Shown: positions 35,410-48,893, numbered from the stretch's first letter. The stretch is DNA of 64,000 nt from Lytechinus pictus (GCF_037042905.1 NC_087245.1:43030001-43094000); one strand, 5' to 3'. Notes: a model not told the origin generated them from the sequence alone. A program made the numbers and translations.

Positions 35410-36941
35410 CAGGGGCGGATCCAGCATTTTCCAATAGGGGGGCCGGAAAAAAGTTCCATCCGTATTTTCCTCGATCGGCTGCTCGAAGAGCTAAAAAGCC
35501 GCGTAGGGGGGGGGGGTAGTCCTAAAGACAGTGTATTTTAAGCACTTTTGAGCTTTATTTTTAACTTCACGAACATGATTATGTATATCTCATTAAACAG
35601 ATAATGCGAGCGCGAAGCGCGAGCATTTTTGTTGTTGATATATTGACCTGAAGCGGGGCATTTTAAGCGCTTTTTATAATTCTCATGAACAGGATACGTA
35701 TCTAATTAAACAAATAATGCAAGCGCGAAGCGCGAGCTGAATTTTGTTGATATATTGACGTGAAACGGGACATTTTAAGCGTTTTTTGTAATCCTCATGA
35801 ACAGGATACATAGATATATATCCTTAAAGAAATAGGCTTAATGCGAGCGCGATGCGCGAGCTGGAATTTTTTTATATATAGTGACCTGAAAACGGGGCAC
35901 TTCTTAAAGCGTGTTTTGTAATCCTCATGAACAGGATATGTTTCTCCTGAAACAAATAATGCGAGCGCGAAGCGCGAGCTGAAAATTGTTGATATAGTGA
36001 CCTGAAAACGGGGCATTTTAAACGCTTTTTGGAATCCTCATGAACAGGATACATAGATGTATATCCTTAAAGAAATAGGCCTAAAGCGAGCGCGAAGCGC
36101 GAGCTGGAATTTGTTGATATAGTGACCTGAGAACGGGGCACTTTTTAAGGCGTGTTTTGTAATCCTCGTGAACAGGATATGTTTCTCCTGAAACGAATAA
36201 TGCGAGCGCGAAGCGCGAGCTGAAAATTTTTGATATAGTGACCTGAAAACGGGGCATTTTATGCGCTTTTTGTAATCCTCATGAACAAGATATGTATCTA
36301 CTTAACTCTTTGTGTGCCAAGTTCGCATTTTTGCACAATTGTACTTATTAACTGTACAATCGTAATAATTAATTTCTCCTTAATGCTGGGGCTAGAGGAT
36401 CTGAAAAACAACAATACTGCTTGTATCATGTCTGAAGACTAATATCCATCATTCACGCCACTCAAAACTTTTTCATATTATTTTAAAAATTGAAAGAGAA
36501 AGATCTACTTTATGTGCTTCAAATTAATGTGGCATTCAAAGAGTTAAACAAATAATGCGAGCGCGAAGCGCGAGCTGAATTTTTGGGGATATTTTAAGCG
36601 CTTCTTGTAATCCCCATGAACCGGATACGTATCTCAATAAACAAGTAATGCGAGCGCAAAGCGCGAGCTGAAATTTTTCGATTTATTGACCTGAAAGTGT
36701 CGCCATTTGCATTTTTTAAGTTCCCCTCCCTTTATTTTCTTCTTCTTCTTTTCTTCCTCCTCTCCTTACTTTTCTTCTTCTTTTCTTTCTCCTCTCCTTC
36801 CTTTTTTTTTTCTTCTCTCCTTCCTTTTCTTCTTTTTCTTCTTCTCCTTCTTTTTCTCTTCTTTTCCCCCTTTTTTCTCTTTTCTTGCGCCGCCAATAGG
36901 GGGGGCCGCGGCCCCTTCGGCCCCCCCTGGATCCGCCTATG
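35410..36941. mobile_element. hAT-like non-autonomous element with an internal ~120-bp tandem array
   Basis: CAGGGGCGGATCCAG / CTGGATCCGCCTATG; repeated AATGCGAGCGCGAAGCGCGAGCTGA units. TSD not recognisable. Confidence 0.65.
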
Positions 36942-37052
36942 GTATTGAGAAAAATAATTTCCTGTTTTCAGATAACTATAGCATAGAAATTTTCCGCCCT
37001 TTATAGTGAAGAAACGATAAACAAAATTGAAACCCCAAAGTGCAGTGCTTAA

Positions 37053-38732
37053 AGTACACATTCATAGGTAATAAAAATGGTCGAATTTGATGTCAATGCG
37101 AAGGTAATGACATGAGGATCATTATTACACTATCCCCCAAATAAAAAAAAAATCTGGAACGCAGAAATCGCCAATCAAAAACTGCTAAGACGCCCCTCCC
37201 GAAACGCCCCCAAACACGTCCCTGAAATACACGTAGATGCGTTGACGTCAATCCATGGGCAAACACTCTGCTATGGCTTTCGCGAGCTAGGCCATTTGTG
37301 TGTATAACGCATAGGCAGTATTACCCGTGTACATACCAGTCCTGCCCGTGTAGGCCTACACTAAAACAAAAAACCTGACTAGTACTAGAGTCAACAATGG
37401 CAGAGTTAGAGATGAGTCTAGAATTAGATTTTGAAATCGAAGATTTTGAAGAAGAAAATGAACAGGCTGAAATAGATTCATCAACACTAAAATTACGCAA
37501 TAATTATACAGTCTGTATCAATAAAAATGGTACAACTTAGCGGAAAACTTTTTTTTTTTTAGTATGATGATCAATCAAAACCTGTCAGTGTTTGGTATTT
37601 TCTTAAAGCAAGAAAAACAGACTTTCTTCTGCATATTCTTATATATATCTCATTGGGTGTTGTAGATCTTGGGTTTTTGATTATTCTTCTACAATCAAGA
37701 AAAATCAATTTTGCGCATGTACGTGTCTATGGCATTGTGTAGGCCGGTTTCGGACATAATAGGCACTATGATACACGGAGAGCTGATGACCGGAGCGCAT
37801 ACAGCAGTGCATAATTCGCTTACGAACACAGGGCTTATATACTTTCCTCATCGCACAAAATGTAGTTAATTTTTTGTTTTACAAAAGCAAATTATACGAA
37901 ATAAAGTGTATCAGCAAGAAAAATCTTTCGGCTTTAACTTGATACCACATACACATATCGTTTGAGAAGATTTGATACCTAAATTATTTTTTCCCCCGCT
38001 TGTACCATTTTTTTTTAATACTGCTTCTCTGCTCCTGAGTAGCGTATCCTGCGCTCAATGCCTGGATATATATGAATATATAAGCAAACCTCTCGAAATC
38101 GTCAAGAGATCGAGAAAAAAAGAAAAAATATGTATTGGTAGAAATCGTTCTGCTTGTTTATGTCTAGATATCTTTATTTTCAGCATTTACATCTAAATTA
38201 TTTGGGTTTTCTTACGATCTGTAAACTGATATTACGTTCGAACTTTGAGCTAGATACGCGATGATATTCTCTGGTCTCTGTCTATAATGTTATGACTTTT
38301 CGTACATCGAAAATAGTCGGGAGACTAGATCCTCAGAAATCATCCCCTCAAAGTCAAAGGGGGTTACTATTCTATAGCTGAACCTTATTTTTATTTATTT
38401 TTTTGGTGCTTACAATCATGTAAATAGGACTAAAACCAAGCCCATGAAACATCGGATATCACAGTCCGGCCGTGTATAAGTATGAACATTAGCTCGGGTC
38501 ACTTGCAACGTTGGTATGTTTGCCCATAAATTGACGCCATCAAGAAATCGCTCGTTTCGCTACCGGCAATCGGTGTGTCCGGAGCCATATGAGAGGCCTT
38601 TCTAAAAATGCGTTTTAATAAATTCTTATTAATTTATATGAGTAATAATGGATTTCATTGTCTTCTACATGCTTTCCGCTTTAAATTGATATATAGATCG
38701 CTATTTTTAGTGATTGGCTTTGAATGTGTACT
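37053..38732. mobile_element. Kolobok-like non-autonomous element
   Basis: TTAA|AGTACACATTCA ... TGAATGTGTACT|TTAA. Confidence 0.75.
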
Positions 38733-39647
38733 TTAACTTCCATGCCTTCTGGTCACTCTAAAGAGGTTATTACATTATGAGGAGTTATGACCCCCTTAAA
38801 ATGCATAAAGCGTCCTATTCCAGATCACTCGTATTGAGAAAATTTCCACTTTCCTATTTTTTCTTGTAACCAGATTATCATGATTATACACCACATTTAT
38901 ATATGATGATTATTGCAAAACAGCAATTTACATTGGCTTGCTTTCAAATCACTATAAATTGATGGACAAATTTCAACTCGCTCTCACATGATTTTATATT
39001 AATTAGGAGGTGCGATGTTTCCAGTTAAATATTAAGAAAAGAAAAGAAAACAAATCATTTAACTTTCAAGAAGGGCTTCATATACATGATATAAATGCTT
39101 TAATAAATAATTTTAACATGAATTTTAGCCGTATGCCTATGTTTGCCTGGAGGGGGCGCCATCTTTTGAAAAGTACACAGGGGCGCCAAAATCAGGTCGG
39201 GCCCCCCGGGGTGTGAAATCCTGGATACACCCATGTAATGTTCACCACGATGGTTCTTTTGTTTTGTTTTGTTTTCTTGTTTATATTATTCTAATTTTCA
39301 TAACACATACATGGTTTATGTTCACCAAGATGGTTCAATTCTCTTTTTTTCTTTTTGCATATTCCTTTTTTTTTTAATCTTCTTCATATGATCTTTTTAT
39401 TTCATTGTCACATACATGGTTTATGTTCACCAGGATGGTTCATCTTTTCTCTCTTTTTTTGGTGATAATCTATTCGTTTTATACCAGTTTATTTTCATTG
39501 TGACGCATGTCATCTTTTAAATCTTGACATTTGCATATATTTATTTTTCATCTTGGGGGGGGGGGGGGTGTTGTAGTACTTTCTTTACATTCATCCCTGG
39601 ATCTCTTTAAGTGCCAGACATTTTGGCATATATCGAGCAAAATAAGC

Positions 39648-39960
39648 TATCACTATCGTCATCACCGCAACTATCATCAGTGGCAGCAGTTTCATCATCA
39701 TCATCATCATCATCATCACCATCATCATCATCACTATCATCATCATCATCATCATCATCATTATCACCATCATCACTATCATCATCATCACTATCATCAT
39801 CATCATCATCACCATCATCATCATCACTATCATCATCATCATCATCACTATCATCATCATCAGCAGCATCACCATCATCACTATCATCATCATCATCATC
39901 ATCACTATCATCATCATCATCACCACCATCACTATCAAATCCACCACCACAATCATCATG
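39648..39960. repeat. (CAT)n microsatellite tract, inverted counterpart of the (GAT)n tract at 33045-33240
   Basis: Trinucleotide repeat with shared unique anchors (CACTATCAAATCCACCACCACAA; GCAACTATCATCAGTG). Confidence 0.9.
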
Positions 39961-40683
39961 ATGATCATCTCTATTCTCGTCATTTTAACTGGAAGTAATA
40001 CACATGCCCAGTCAGTGTTTCCACTCCTAAGAAATTTATTTCCTGGAATGGGATCCTAAATTTCCTGGAATTAGTCCCCCCCCCAAAAAAAAAAAAAATA
40101 AATAAAAAATAAAAAATAAATAAAAAATAAATAAAAGACATAATCTTGTTTTTCTCTTGTGAATATGTGACATGTACAGTATAATTTTGCTTGAGGTTAT
40201 TCACGCGAAATTAGGAATGGAATAAATTTAATTCTGCGAGTGAGCGACAGTTTTGAGCAGTGGCAAGTTCCACTTCGTCGTTAGAATTTACTAGTTTCAG
40301 TGAAAACTGATTAAAAACATCTTGCTATATTATTTCTAATATTTCCTGGAATTGTTTCCTGACAATTACCTGGAGATTGCCTGGATTTTCGGAATTTGGG
40401 TAAATTTCTTGAACTTGGAAACACTGGTTGGAGGCATTTTACGGGCGGGCTGTCTGGGGCCCTGTAAGGGATGAAATAGTTGTCTTTGGTGTTCTCGTTA
40501 TCTCTGTAATGTAATAATTCTATTGCAAAGAAAATTAGCCATGACTCTTTTCAGCTACACTCAACAGAAAACAAAAGTGGACACTTATTTTACTCGTATT
40601 ATATCATGTACTAACCAAATAGATAGTCAGTGTCATACATCAAATTAAATAGGATAAGAATAAGGATATTTATACATTATGCA

Positions 40684-40862
40684 TGCAAGACTGAACACAT
40701 AAAGACAAGGTAAATCTAACAAATCAAAAATGGCAAAATTGCACAAACACATAATGGAAAAAACTCGTTTAATGCAAGACTGAACACATAAAGACAAGGT
40801 AAATCTAACAAATCAAAAATGGCAAAATTGCACAAACACATAATGGAAAAACTCGTTTAATG
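40684..40862. repeat. ~88-bp tandem duplication
   Basis: ATGCAAGACTGAACACATAAAGACAAGG...ACTCGTTTAATG occurs twice, adjacent. Confidence 0.9.
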
Positions 40863-42258
40863 ATGCCACCTTCATAATGAAGGGGTTAGCATTGCTGTTT
40901 AAAGTTTTTGTGATTTTCACCACATTCACAGTCTAGTCCATCTTTACCTCCTTATTCCTGAAATTAACATAAACCTATAGGACTCTTCACAACATCCGAT
41001 AAGCAATAAGGCCAGGAATAAGCCACAAATTCTTAATTTCCCCGAGAATAGGGGGTCATTTTTTCCAATCTAACTTGAGTACCCTAATAGAAGATACCCA
41101 ATTTCAGACAAAAGAAGGCGATTTTGAACTTCGAGACTATGACAAGTACATCCCACTTGAATGCACTACAATGGCCCAGCCCCCACCCCCGTTGATTTGA
41201 GGAACTAAAAAAAAAAATCTTTTTGATGCGCACATTTTCAAAGATCGTTGTCCCACACCATTTCCCACTCGGTCGCCTCGCTCCCTCGCTTTGGTCCCCT
41301 GTTTAAAAAATCCTGGCTATGCCAGCTAGTGATCATAATTATTGTTTTATGTTTGCTATTTACATTTCCCGGTATCCTACGTCAGGAACACAAATTTCCA
41401 TGAATATGTATTTTGTATTAATTCCCCCCCCAAAAAAAATCCACCCAAAATGCGAAAGGTCCCTCCATCTGCGTACGGCATTGATTGCATTGTTTCAACT
41501 TTATTTTTCGGCAGTAAATTCAACAAAATATATTTTCATACGTCATATTTCAATTTACTTTCATTTTCCTTCACATTATTCTCAAATATTTTCTTTTGTA
41601 ATTTTTCAATAAAACTTACCATTCTAAAGTGTCCTACTATGCGTGTGCGAAAAGAGTAAAGAGACGACTGAAAGTATAACAGTTAAAGTTTAAGAATCCC
41701 TCTTATATACATGATTTGACATTAACAAAAATATGTATATTAATAAGTTTTTACACAACTAGTTGAGCAATTTCGATTAAATTATTGGACAACGATTGCC
41801 CGACAGAATTATCCTTCAACCAATACTCAACTCAAATTGACCAACTGTATGATAGAGTTTGCCCAATCTTAACATGCCCAAACTTTAGGCTAAAACGTGA
41901 TTAACAGTTAGAAAACTGCAAAATTGCATGGTTGATTCAAAATGACTCGGTTTGGGCAAAATTTACACACATTTGCAATGATGTTTCACAAACCATCGGT
42001 TGCCCAAAGACATAACAAAGACATAACAAAATTAAAAATGGGTTAGGAACACAAACTTAAGAGAAGGAAATTAGCACCCATAAAACTATGTTGATATTTT
42101 TGTCGAAATTTGGCTTGAAAGATCAATCTGTAGTTTTTCACAATAACTCATTCAACTCCGTCTTGAAGTTCTGACCTGACAAGTAACATGGACTGGGGGA
42201 CAGTAGGTCTGCGGATCAGTAGATGCTTTTCTTGTAACAACACAGATCTTAAAATATA

Positions 42259-42885
42259 CAGAGTGAGTCAGAAACAATGCAACACTTTTTAAATTGACTA
42301 TTGTTATAAAAATGTGGGATTAACAGATTGTGTTTAGCATGTATGGATAGAGTATTATATTCATTTGTTGTTTGGAAACATTTGTTTTGCTTTTGTGTTA
42401 CGATTGCGCGCACAACAGCCATTGTTTAACAAAGAGTCAAAACCCATTTGCGCCAAGACTTATAGAATTTATGTGCTGACAAAAGCAATGCATTGTTGAT
42501 GATGACACAATGGGTTTTTCCCCAGACTCACTTATTGGCTCATATCCAATAAATTTAATTCCCCACAAATTTGGTATCAAATCAAAGGGAAATAATTACT
42601 CTATCACAGTCAGTTGCAATAAATGTGATATCTTTTCTCATATTTGTGAGATGAACACTTTAAGAAGTGTAAAAAGATTTTCTGACTTGGCGCAAATGGG
42701 TTTTGCTTTTATGTCAAACAATAGCTGTTGTGCGCTCAACCGTAGCAGCAAAATTGAAGAAAATTTTACCAAACGACGAAGGGATACATCATCTATCCAT
42801 ACATGGTAACAAACCCTATGTCAATCCCATATTTGTAAAGCAATGCTCAATTAAGAAAGTGTTGCATCATTTATGACTCACTCTG
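42259..42885. mobile_element. Tc1/mariner-like MITE
   Basis: TA|CAGAGTGAGTCA..ATGCAACACTTT ... AAAGTGTTGCAT..TGACTCACTCTG|TA, internally palindromic. Confidence 0.8.
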
Positions 42886-43487
42886 TACATTTTATTTACC
42901 ATAGGCTTTACGCCTGCAAATAGTAAAGATTAGAAAGACTTCTTTGAACCCCAACACAGATTCGTATATCAATGATGCAATGTGCAAAATAACAATAGGC
43001 CTAACATTCATTAACATCGGAATTATTTAGTCAGAATACGACTCATTTGTACAACAAAAAAAAAAAATCAATCAATCAAAAAATCAATGTTTCATCTAGA
43101 ACTCAAAAGGCACCTATCATGTATAGGTGCATTTTTAAGGTTTCTTAGTTTCACCCGTAGTACTGCGCGTGATTATGAAGGCTTTTTGTTTATTTGTTTG
43201 ATTGTGACAAGCTCCTTACGAGAAGCCTTTTCTCCTCGGCAAGAGGAAGTCTGCTTCAATTACACGAGGCTACGGTTTTGGATTTTCAGTCACAATCAAA
43301 TATTCACAAGAGTGACTGCATGTTTTATTTTTTATTTTTTTTAATTAGGTGAATCTACATGCCGTTATTGATGGTCCCTATTACTCGCGTATTACCTAAA
43401 AAAAGAACATTGAACTTAATTCCCTTGATGTGTTTTTTTTCTCCATCTCTCACACTTCCAGATGAAATATCATTAATATTATTTGAG

Positions 43488-46400
43488 TCACAAGAGATTT
43501 ACAAGATATTCGTAGAGTTCAGTTGCTTCTTCAACAGATTCAGGAAGCTAGAAATTGTGAACATCACCGACATACTGATTTACTACCTCAACAAACTCTT
43601 GGCTACATCCGTATGGTGGAAAATCAAGCGATATATTATTTGCAGTTTCCTGTACTTCGTCGAGTGAATAAGCAAGTGGCATCTTGTTATCTTCGGCTCC
43701 GTATATTTCAGGAACATAATACATTAAATCCGGTATCCCATATGGTGATTCTTCATTGGCCTGACTCCTGATTCGGTGTTGGTTCCACTCTTGAACAACA
43801 AGATCCAAGTCACGCTGAATTAGGTTTGTGAAACAAAATCGTAATGCTTCAACGTGAATTGGATTGGTATTGTCCAATCCACCATTATCGCGGAATTGCT
43901 TGAAAAGTTCAATCCAGAATCGAGATGAAAGCCTCCCAACATGTCCCCACCAAGATTCAATTCTTTGATTACTTGTTGAACGCCCATACATGGAACTTTT
44001 GTATCGATGGAACTCATCGTCATGATACCAACGAAGGGCAATTTGTACATCACGAATTTGACAATTTTCTGTTCCTCTGTCACTCCGTACGATTCGAGGT
44101 ACTCCATTAATTAATGAAATATAGTCTAAAAAAAATCGTGTGATATATCGCGGATTATTATTTGAACGCCCAACTTTAAGCCATAATACCTTCCGCGAAA
44201 ATCCGTCGATAGCAGAGTGAACTGCAAAACCATATGGTTTGAGTTTATCATAACCATCAATATGTATGACGTGATTTGGACCTCTATTAACGTATCTTCG
44301 TCGATGTAGACGCCGATTCGATCTCCTCTCGACCCCATCAGGATCCATAGCTGACAGAAGCTCTCGCACCACTCTTTGTGTAGCAGATATTTCATGTCTG
44401 ATTCTCAGTCTCCTCCACACAGCGCCCTGTAACCAAGGATTTGTCCCGATCCACGCAATTCAAATGTAATGGCATTTATGATGTCATTTACGTTGCTCCG
44501 TCGATCAACTCTTCGCACTCTGAGACGTCGAATAATTTGTCGAATTCTTCTGATACCGATGGAAATTTCGTGACGCATATGCAGCAACAGGAGGATTTGT
44601 ATTGCGGTAAATCCCGCAGTGTAATAGTGCTGAATCAGGTCATCTGATAAATCTTCCACCAACTCGCCAAGTGCTGCAGCCGTGTAGAATGGAGGTGGTT
44701 GTCCTGCTACCCCGAGAAAGGAAGCGAATATGAACACCTGAAAGACAAAAATCAAACAAACATATAAGAAACATTTTTTTTTCTTGATTGGAAGGGCCAA
44801 TCCACGCTAGTCTAAAAAAAATATGTACAACGTCCAATATATGGTCGTCCGCAAAACGTGGGTTTGAAATGCGCGTGGTTAAAAAACAGTGAAATGAGAC
44901 ATTAATTGTTAATTGACCTTTGACCTTCACGTAGACAAGCATGCTCTTGTGTTGTAGAGACCCCCGTAGGGTAGAGACCCGGGAACGATATGCATTATAA
45001 ACATAAATTGGATTGGTTGCAGCATTACCAATAGCAGTCATAGGCCTATCTACCAAATTTAAACAAAATATATCAAAAAAATAAGAAATGGGAGCATTTT
45101 ATGTGATTTTGATCAAAGTTGCATACATCAGTATGATTAAGGAGGGCACCATTCCCAAAACATTAGGACTTTTTTCTTCTATATGATAGATCTGTATAAT
45201 TTTTATACCAAATTTAAACACAATCTGTCAAGAAACTAAAATGACCATTTTATGTGAATTTAAATATGCACATATTAGCATAATTAACGAGGACAGCGTG
45301 ATAAAAAAAAACACATAAGGGGTGTATAAGTATGGTCCTAATATGCATGCATGCAACAAATAAACCCGATCAGTTGGTGAATCTAAAAAATATAAACCGA
45401 TAAAAAACATTTTGGTGTAGATCTAGACCTGCACCAAAATGTTTGAAAAAGTGTGTAGGTCTATAAATTATGTTAAAAAGTGTAATGTTGACGGACTTAC
45501 AGATGGGTACGCTATGATTTGGTTCCGACGGGGTGTGTCGTTAAAGCCGTCAAACCCGTACCCTTCATTAAGTGTAATTTTTGCCTCATTTTGGCGGAAA
45601 AGAGTACCCATTGTTCTATTTAAGAAAATTACCTTTTTGTGTACTTTGTGTACATATTCATGTTAATGGAGAACTTTCTTGCAAAAAAAGTCACACATTC
45701 GAGCTGCTCTCCCATGGCAAAATTTCCAAACGCATGGCTCGACCCATTCAATAAGATGTGTTGGTGTGACATTATGCATCGCTGCGACATTACCGGTTGT
45801 AACAGTCAGGCCTATGCTAAGTTTTTTTTGTGTGCAGGTACTTCATGTGTGTATGTAGGATGGGGGTTGGGTGTCCGGACACCTATCAAAAATAAAGTTG
45901 TAACAGCGGCGGATCCAGGATTTGAAAATAGGGGGGGGGGCGCAGCCGAACATTTTGAAAAATAGGGGGGCGCAGCCGAAAATTTTCGAGAATTAACATG
46001 TACGTTCAATGGGGGGTATCCAAAAAATAGGGGGGGGGGCGCACGCCTGTTGTGCCCCCCCCCTGGATCCGCCACTGTTGTAACATTTACACATTGATTT
46101 CACGAAAAATATTTATGAATTTGTGGTAAATATTTTGAATATTTGTCCTTTGTAATACTTATACTGTCAACAATAATTTTTGAGAAATCCGTAGAATGGT
46201 GCATGTAATTTTTTGAAAAATGAAAACAGTCTGTCCGGATACCCAATAACTGCACTGGTTGAGGAAAGTCGTTAATATCCCGCCTCCCTTGTCTAAAAAA
46301 TTATGTACACCTCGATCAGTGGCACACCTAGTCTTCATGCAGTCTATCTACTTCGTCCTTATTAAAAAGAAGATGACCATTTTCAAAGTTTCATGACATT

Positions 46401-46568
46401 TATCGGGTTATAGAAGTGCCATTTAATCTGAGTAGCACAATATTATAGAATTCACCAAATCAAAATAATGACGAGAAAATTCTATATGCCTAATTTGGCA
46501 ACCATACTTACAAAAATAGGAAGCCTAGCCCTCGGCATGCTGAATGATAAATTGCCGATATTTCTCAT
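43488..46568 (-). pseudogene. IS3EU-like rve/integrase-core DDE transposase, 2 exons, inactivated
   Basis: Exon 1 46568(or 46538)-46512 ends at GTAAGT; exon 2 44737-43488 follows TTTCAG. Motifs GYRALW, RRRYVNRGPN, HIDGYDKLKPYG, IDGFSRKVLWL, RSDRGTEN, NQRIESWW, WNQHRIR. A 2-bp TG duplication at ~44420 frameshifts the gene; a premature TAG at 43548 precedes the likely true C-terminus LPESVEEATELYEYLVNLL*. Confidence 0.9.
45904..46077. mobile_element. hAT-like MITE in the transposase intron
   Basis: CAGCGGCGGATCCAGG / CCTGGATCCGCCACTG, with TTGTAACA at both junctions. Confidence 0.7.
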
Positions 46569-46687
46569 GTAAAAACTGCAATGATGCTCCTCTTCACTTC
46601 TAGCAGTCTAGCAAATCGTCTTGACGTCCACCATGTCACAGTCTATTGACATTTTGCTGCTCCACTTGCGCTGCGTTACCCTCAAAC

Positions 46688-46913
46688 GAGTTTGAACATC
46701 TCGCCTTCCCGCCTTCTCGTAGCATACACTAGGCGCCTTAGCGAGTTTGTACATGTCGCCTTCTCGCCTTCTCGTCTAAACAAAGCGCCTTGGCGAGTTT
46801 GTTTAAGTCACCTTCTCGTCTTCTCGTCTTAGACAAGGCGCCTAGGCGAGTTTGTACAAGTCGCCTTCTCGCCTTCTCGCCTCAGACAAGGCGCCTTGGC
46901 AAGTTTGTATAAG
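46688..46913 (-). repeat. Right subterminal array (~4 copies of the 53-bp unit, inverted)
   Basis: For example TCTCGTCTTAGACAAGGCGCCTAGGCGAGTTTGTACAAGTCGCCTT is the reverse complement of the 9.8-kb unit. Confidence 0.9.
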
Positions 46914-48893
46914 GGAGCTTGTCAAAAGTCCATGCACCGTTCTATAGCGTCTTTACTGCATCCGGGTTTTCGCTTCGGCTTTCCTGCCCAACGTTCCCTT
47001 CTCTTCAAAGGAACGGCCGCCATCAAAGGGCCATTGATGCCACCGTTCTTTTGTTCGTCTTTCCTGCAAGTCTTAATTTCTGTCGAAATACCGAAGAATC
47101 TATTCTAAATAGCTCCCTCTACGACCAAAACAAATGCGTGCCTTCATATTGACTGTCGGATCGGAGAGTTCGGGTCACTGTTCTGAACTGTGATTCGCAT
47201 CTATCATGTCTGTAATGGAAGTTCGGGTGCATTAAGCCACGGTAGCTTAATAAAAAATCACGCACGTTTCATAAATCGTTACGGATCTTTCGAATTTGTT
47301 GCAATAACCATGAAAACCTCTCTTTTTTGCAATTGGAAGAGAGTCAATTCATGATGTTTTAGGTGGGAAAATAAGATTCCGCGTATTTTCGTTTCGTAGG
47401 CCCAAGCCATTCGTAGAATTCACGTCAATTTGTAATGTTCATTATAACTCGCATCTGAAACAAATGTCGGGAGCCCCCCCCCCCCCCAAAAAAAAGACAG
47501 AAGGAAATAGAATGATAAAATAAATATGACCGGAACAGCTTGACACTATTACGATTTATTAGAAACTGTTTTTAATAGTTTGTTCAATTTTTGGTCGGGC
47601 AACCATTTCCCCGGGATAATTTATTTATTTCCTTGTTTTAAAGAAGCGGGACCAAAAGGGAAGGTGAAAAGAGGAAGAAGAAAACTAATAAATCATAGGG
47701 AAAGAAAAGGAAGGGGAAACAGAGAGAAATAGGAAAATAATATTGGGATGGAAGAAGAGGAAGGGTGAACAAAAATAGGGAGGAAAACAGTTGAAAGAGA
47801 GAGAAAAAGGAAATTTGAGAGGGGAAGAAATTTAGGATCGTGAATCAACGGGAGAGGGGGGACAAAATAATATGGAAATGGATAGAGACAGAAAATAAGG
47901 GGAAAGAAGTAAAGAGGGCTGGTGAACGATGGGGAGAAATGAAGGGGGGAAGGGAAAGAGTGAAAGGGCATGCAACAGAGGGGAATTAGACATGAAGTGG
48001 CCATGCTGAAACGGTTCTTTATTCTTTGTTCATTCAGGTAACAAGGAGTTAAATTGGCCGCAACTTTAATCTGATTGCGAACCCCTTCTAGTAATATTTC
48101 ATGAAAAGATATACAGAGCAAATTAATGAATAAAAAAGGAAAATGAGTGAAAAGAAATTGAGACAAGAAAACAAATTATAACTACTAAGATTTAAGAAAA
48201 ACATGAGAAAGAGAAAGAAAAATTGTGTACCGAAGAAATATAGTAATCGAATTGCTAATGTAGGAACCTAATGCACTTATACCACATCAGTTATTATCAG
48301 GATAGGAAAGATAACAAAAGCATCATGATTATAGGGGTTGAAGCGGGTTCCTATTTGCGGCGACGGAAAAAATGGATTAAAGATTCAAAGATGAAATGAA
48401 GAAGAATTAATGCAAGGAAACATGACAAGGGGAAGGGATAAAGAAATGAGGAGGTAAAAAGATTAATAAGAAATACAAGTGACAAAAATGGAGTGGGAGA
48501 ATTGCAAACAGGCTTCCCTAGCTCTGCCATTGCCCATGAGTTCTTGGACCTATGATAATTACCCGTTCCGCCCGATTGGAATGACTGTGGGGAAACCAAC
48601 CCGTCGATTTAATTTCACATGAATCAGAAGACCATGCCGTAGCCAGTGGCGTAACAGGCGGGGGGGGGGGCAAGTTGCCCCCCTGGTGGATTTCACCGGG
48701 AAAATAAAAAAACGGGAAAAAGAAAAAAGGGAGGTAGAAAGAAAGGGAAAGGGGAAAGGAAAGGAGGAAAGGGAAAGGGAAAAGAAAACGAAGAATTAAT
48801 TTTTTAATTGAAAAGGAAGGAAAGCGGGAAAATGTACGAAAGAAGAACATTTGAGAAAGAACAAATCATTCCGAACTAGGCCTATGTAATGCA

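Larger units (their letters stand above)
9755..46913. mobile_element. Large IS3EU-like DNA transposon (two convergent genes), right tip missing
   Basis: TACGG start at the LINE break. The 53-bp array at 9781-10737 recurs as its reverse complement at ~46688-46913. Contains an rve-type DDE gene (-) and a RING gene (+), each starting just inside an array. Confidence 0.8.

Noticed and set aside
37397..37540. Acidic mini-ORF MAELEMSLELDFEIEDFEEE
   Set aside because: Short remnant inside a Kolobok-like element, with no domain.
32904..39998. Poly-His, poly-Met and poly-Ser ORFs
   Set aside because: (CAT/GAT)n microsatellites with no splice or domain support.
46914..47230. Non-repetitive, coding-looking segment after the breakpoint
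   Set aside because: Stops in all minus frames tried and no recognisable motif; the plus-strand ORFs are short and uninformative.
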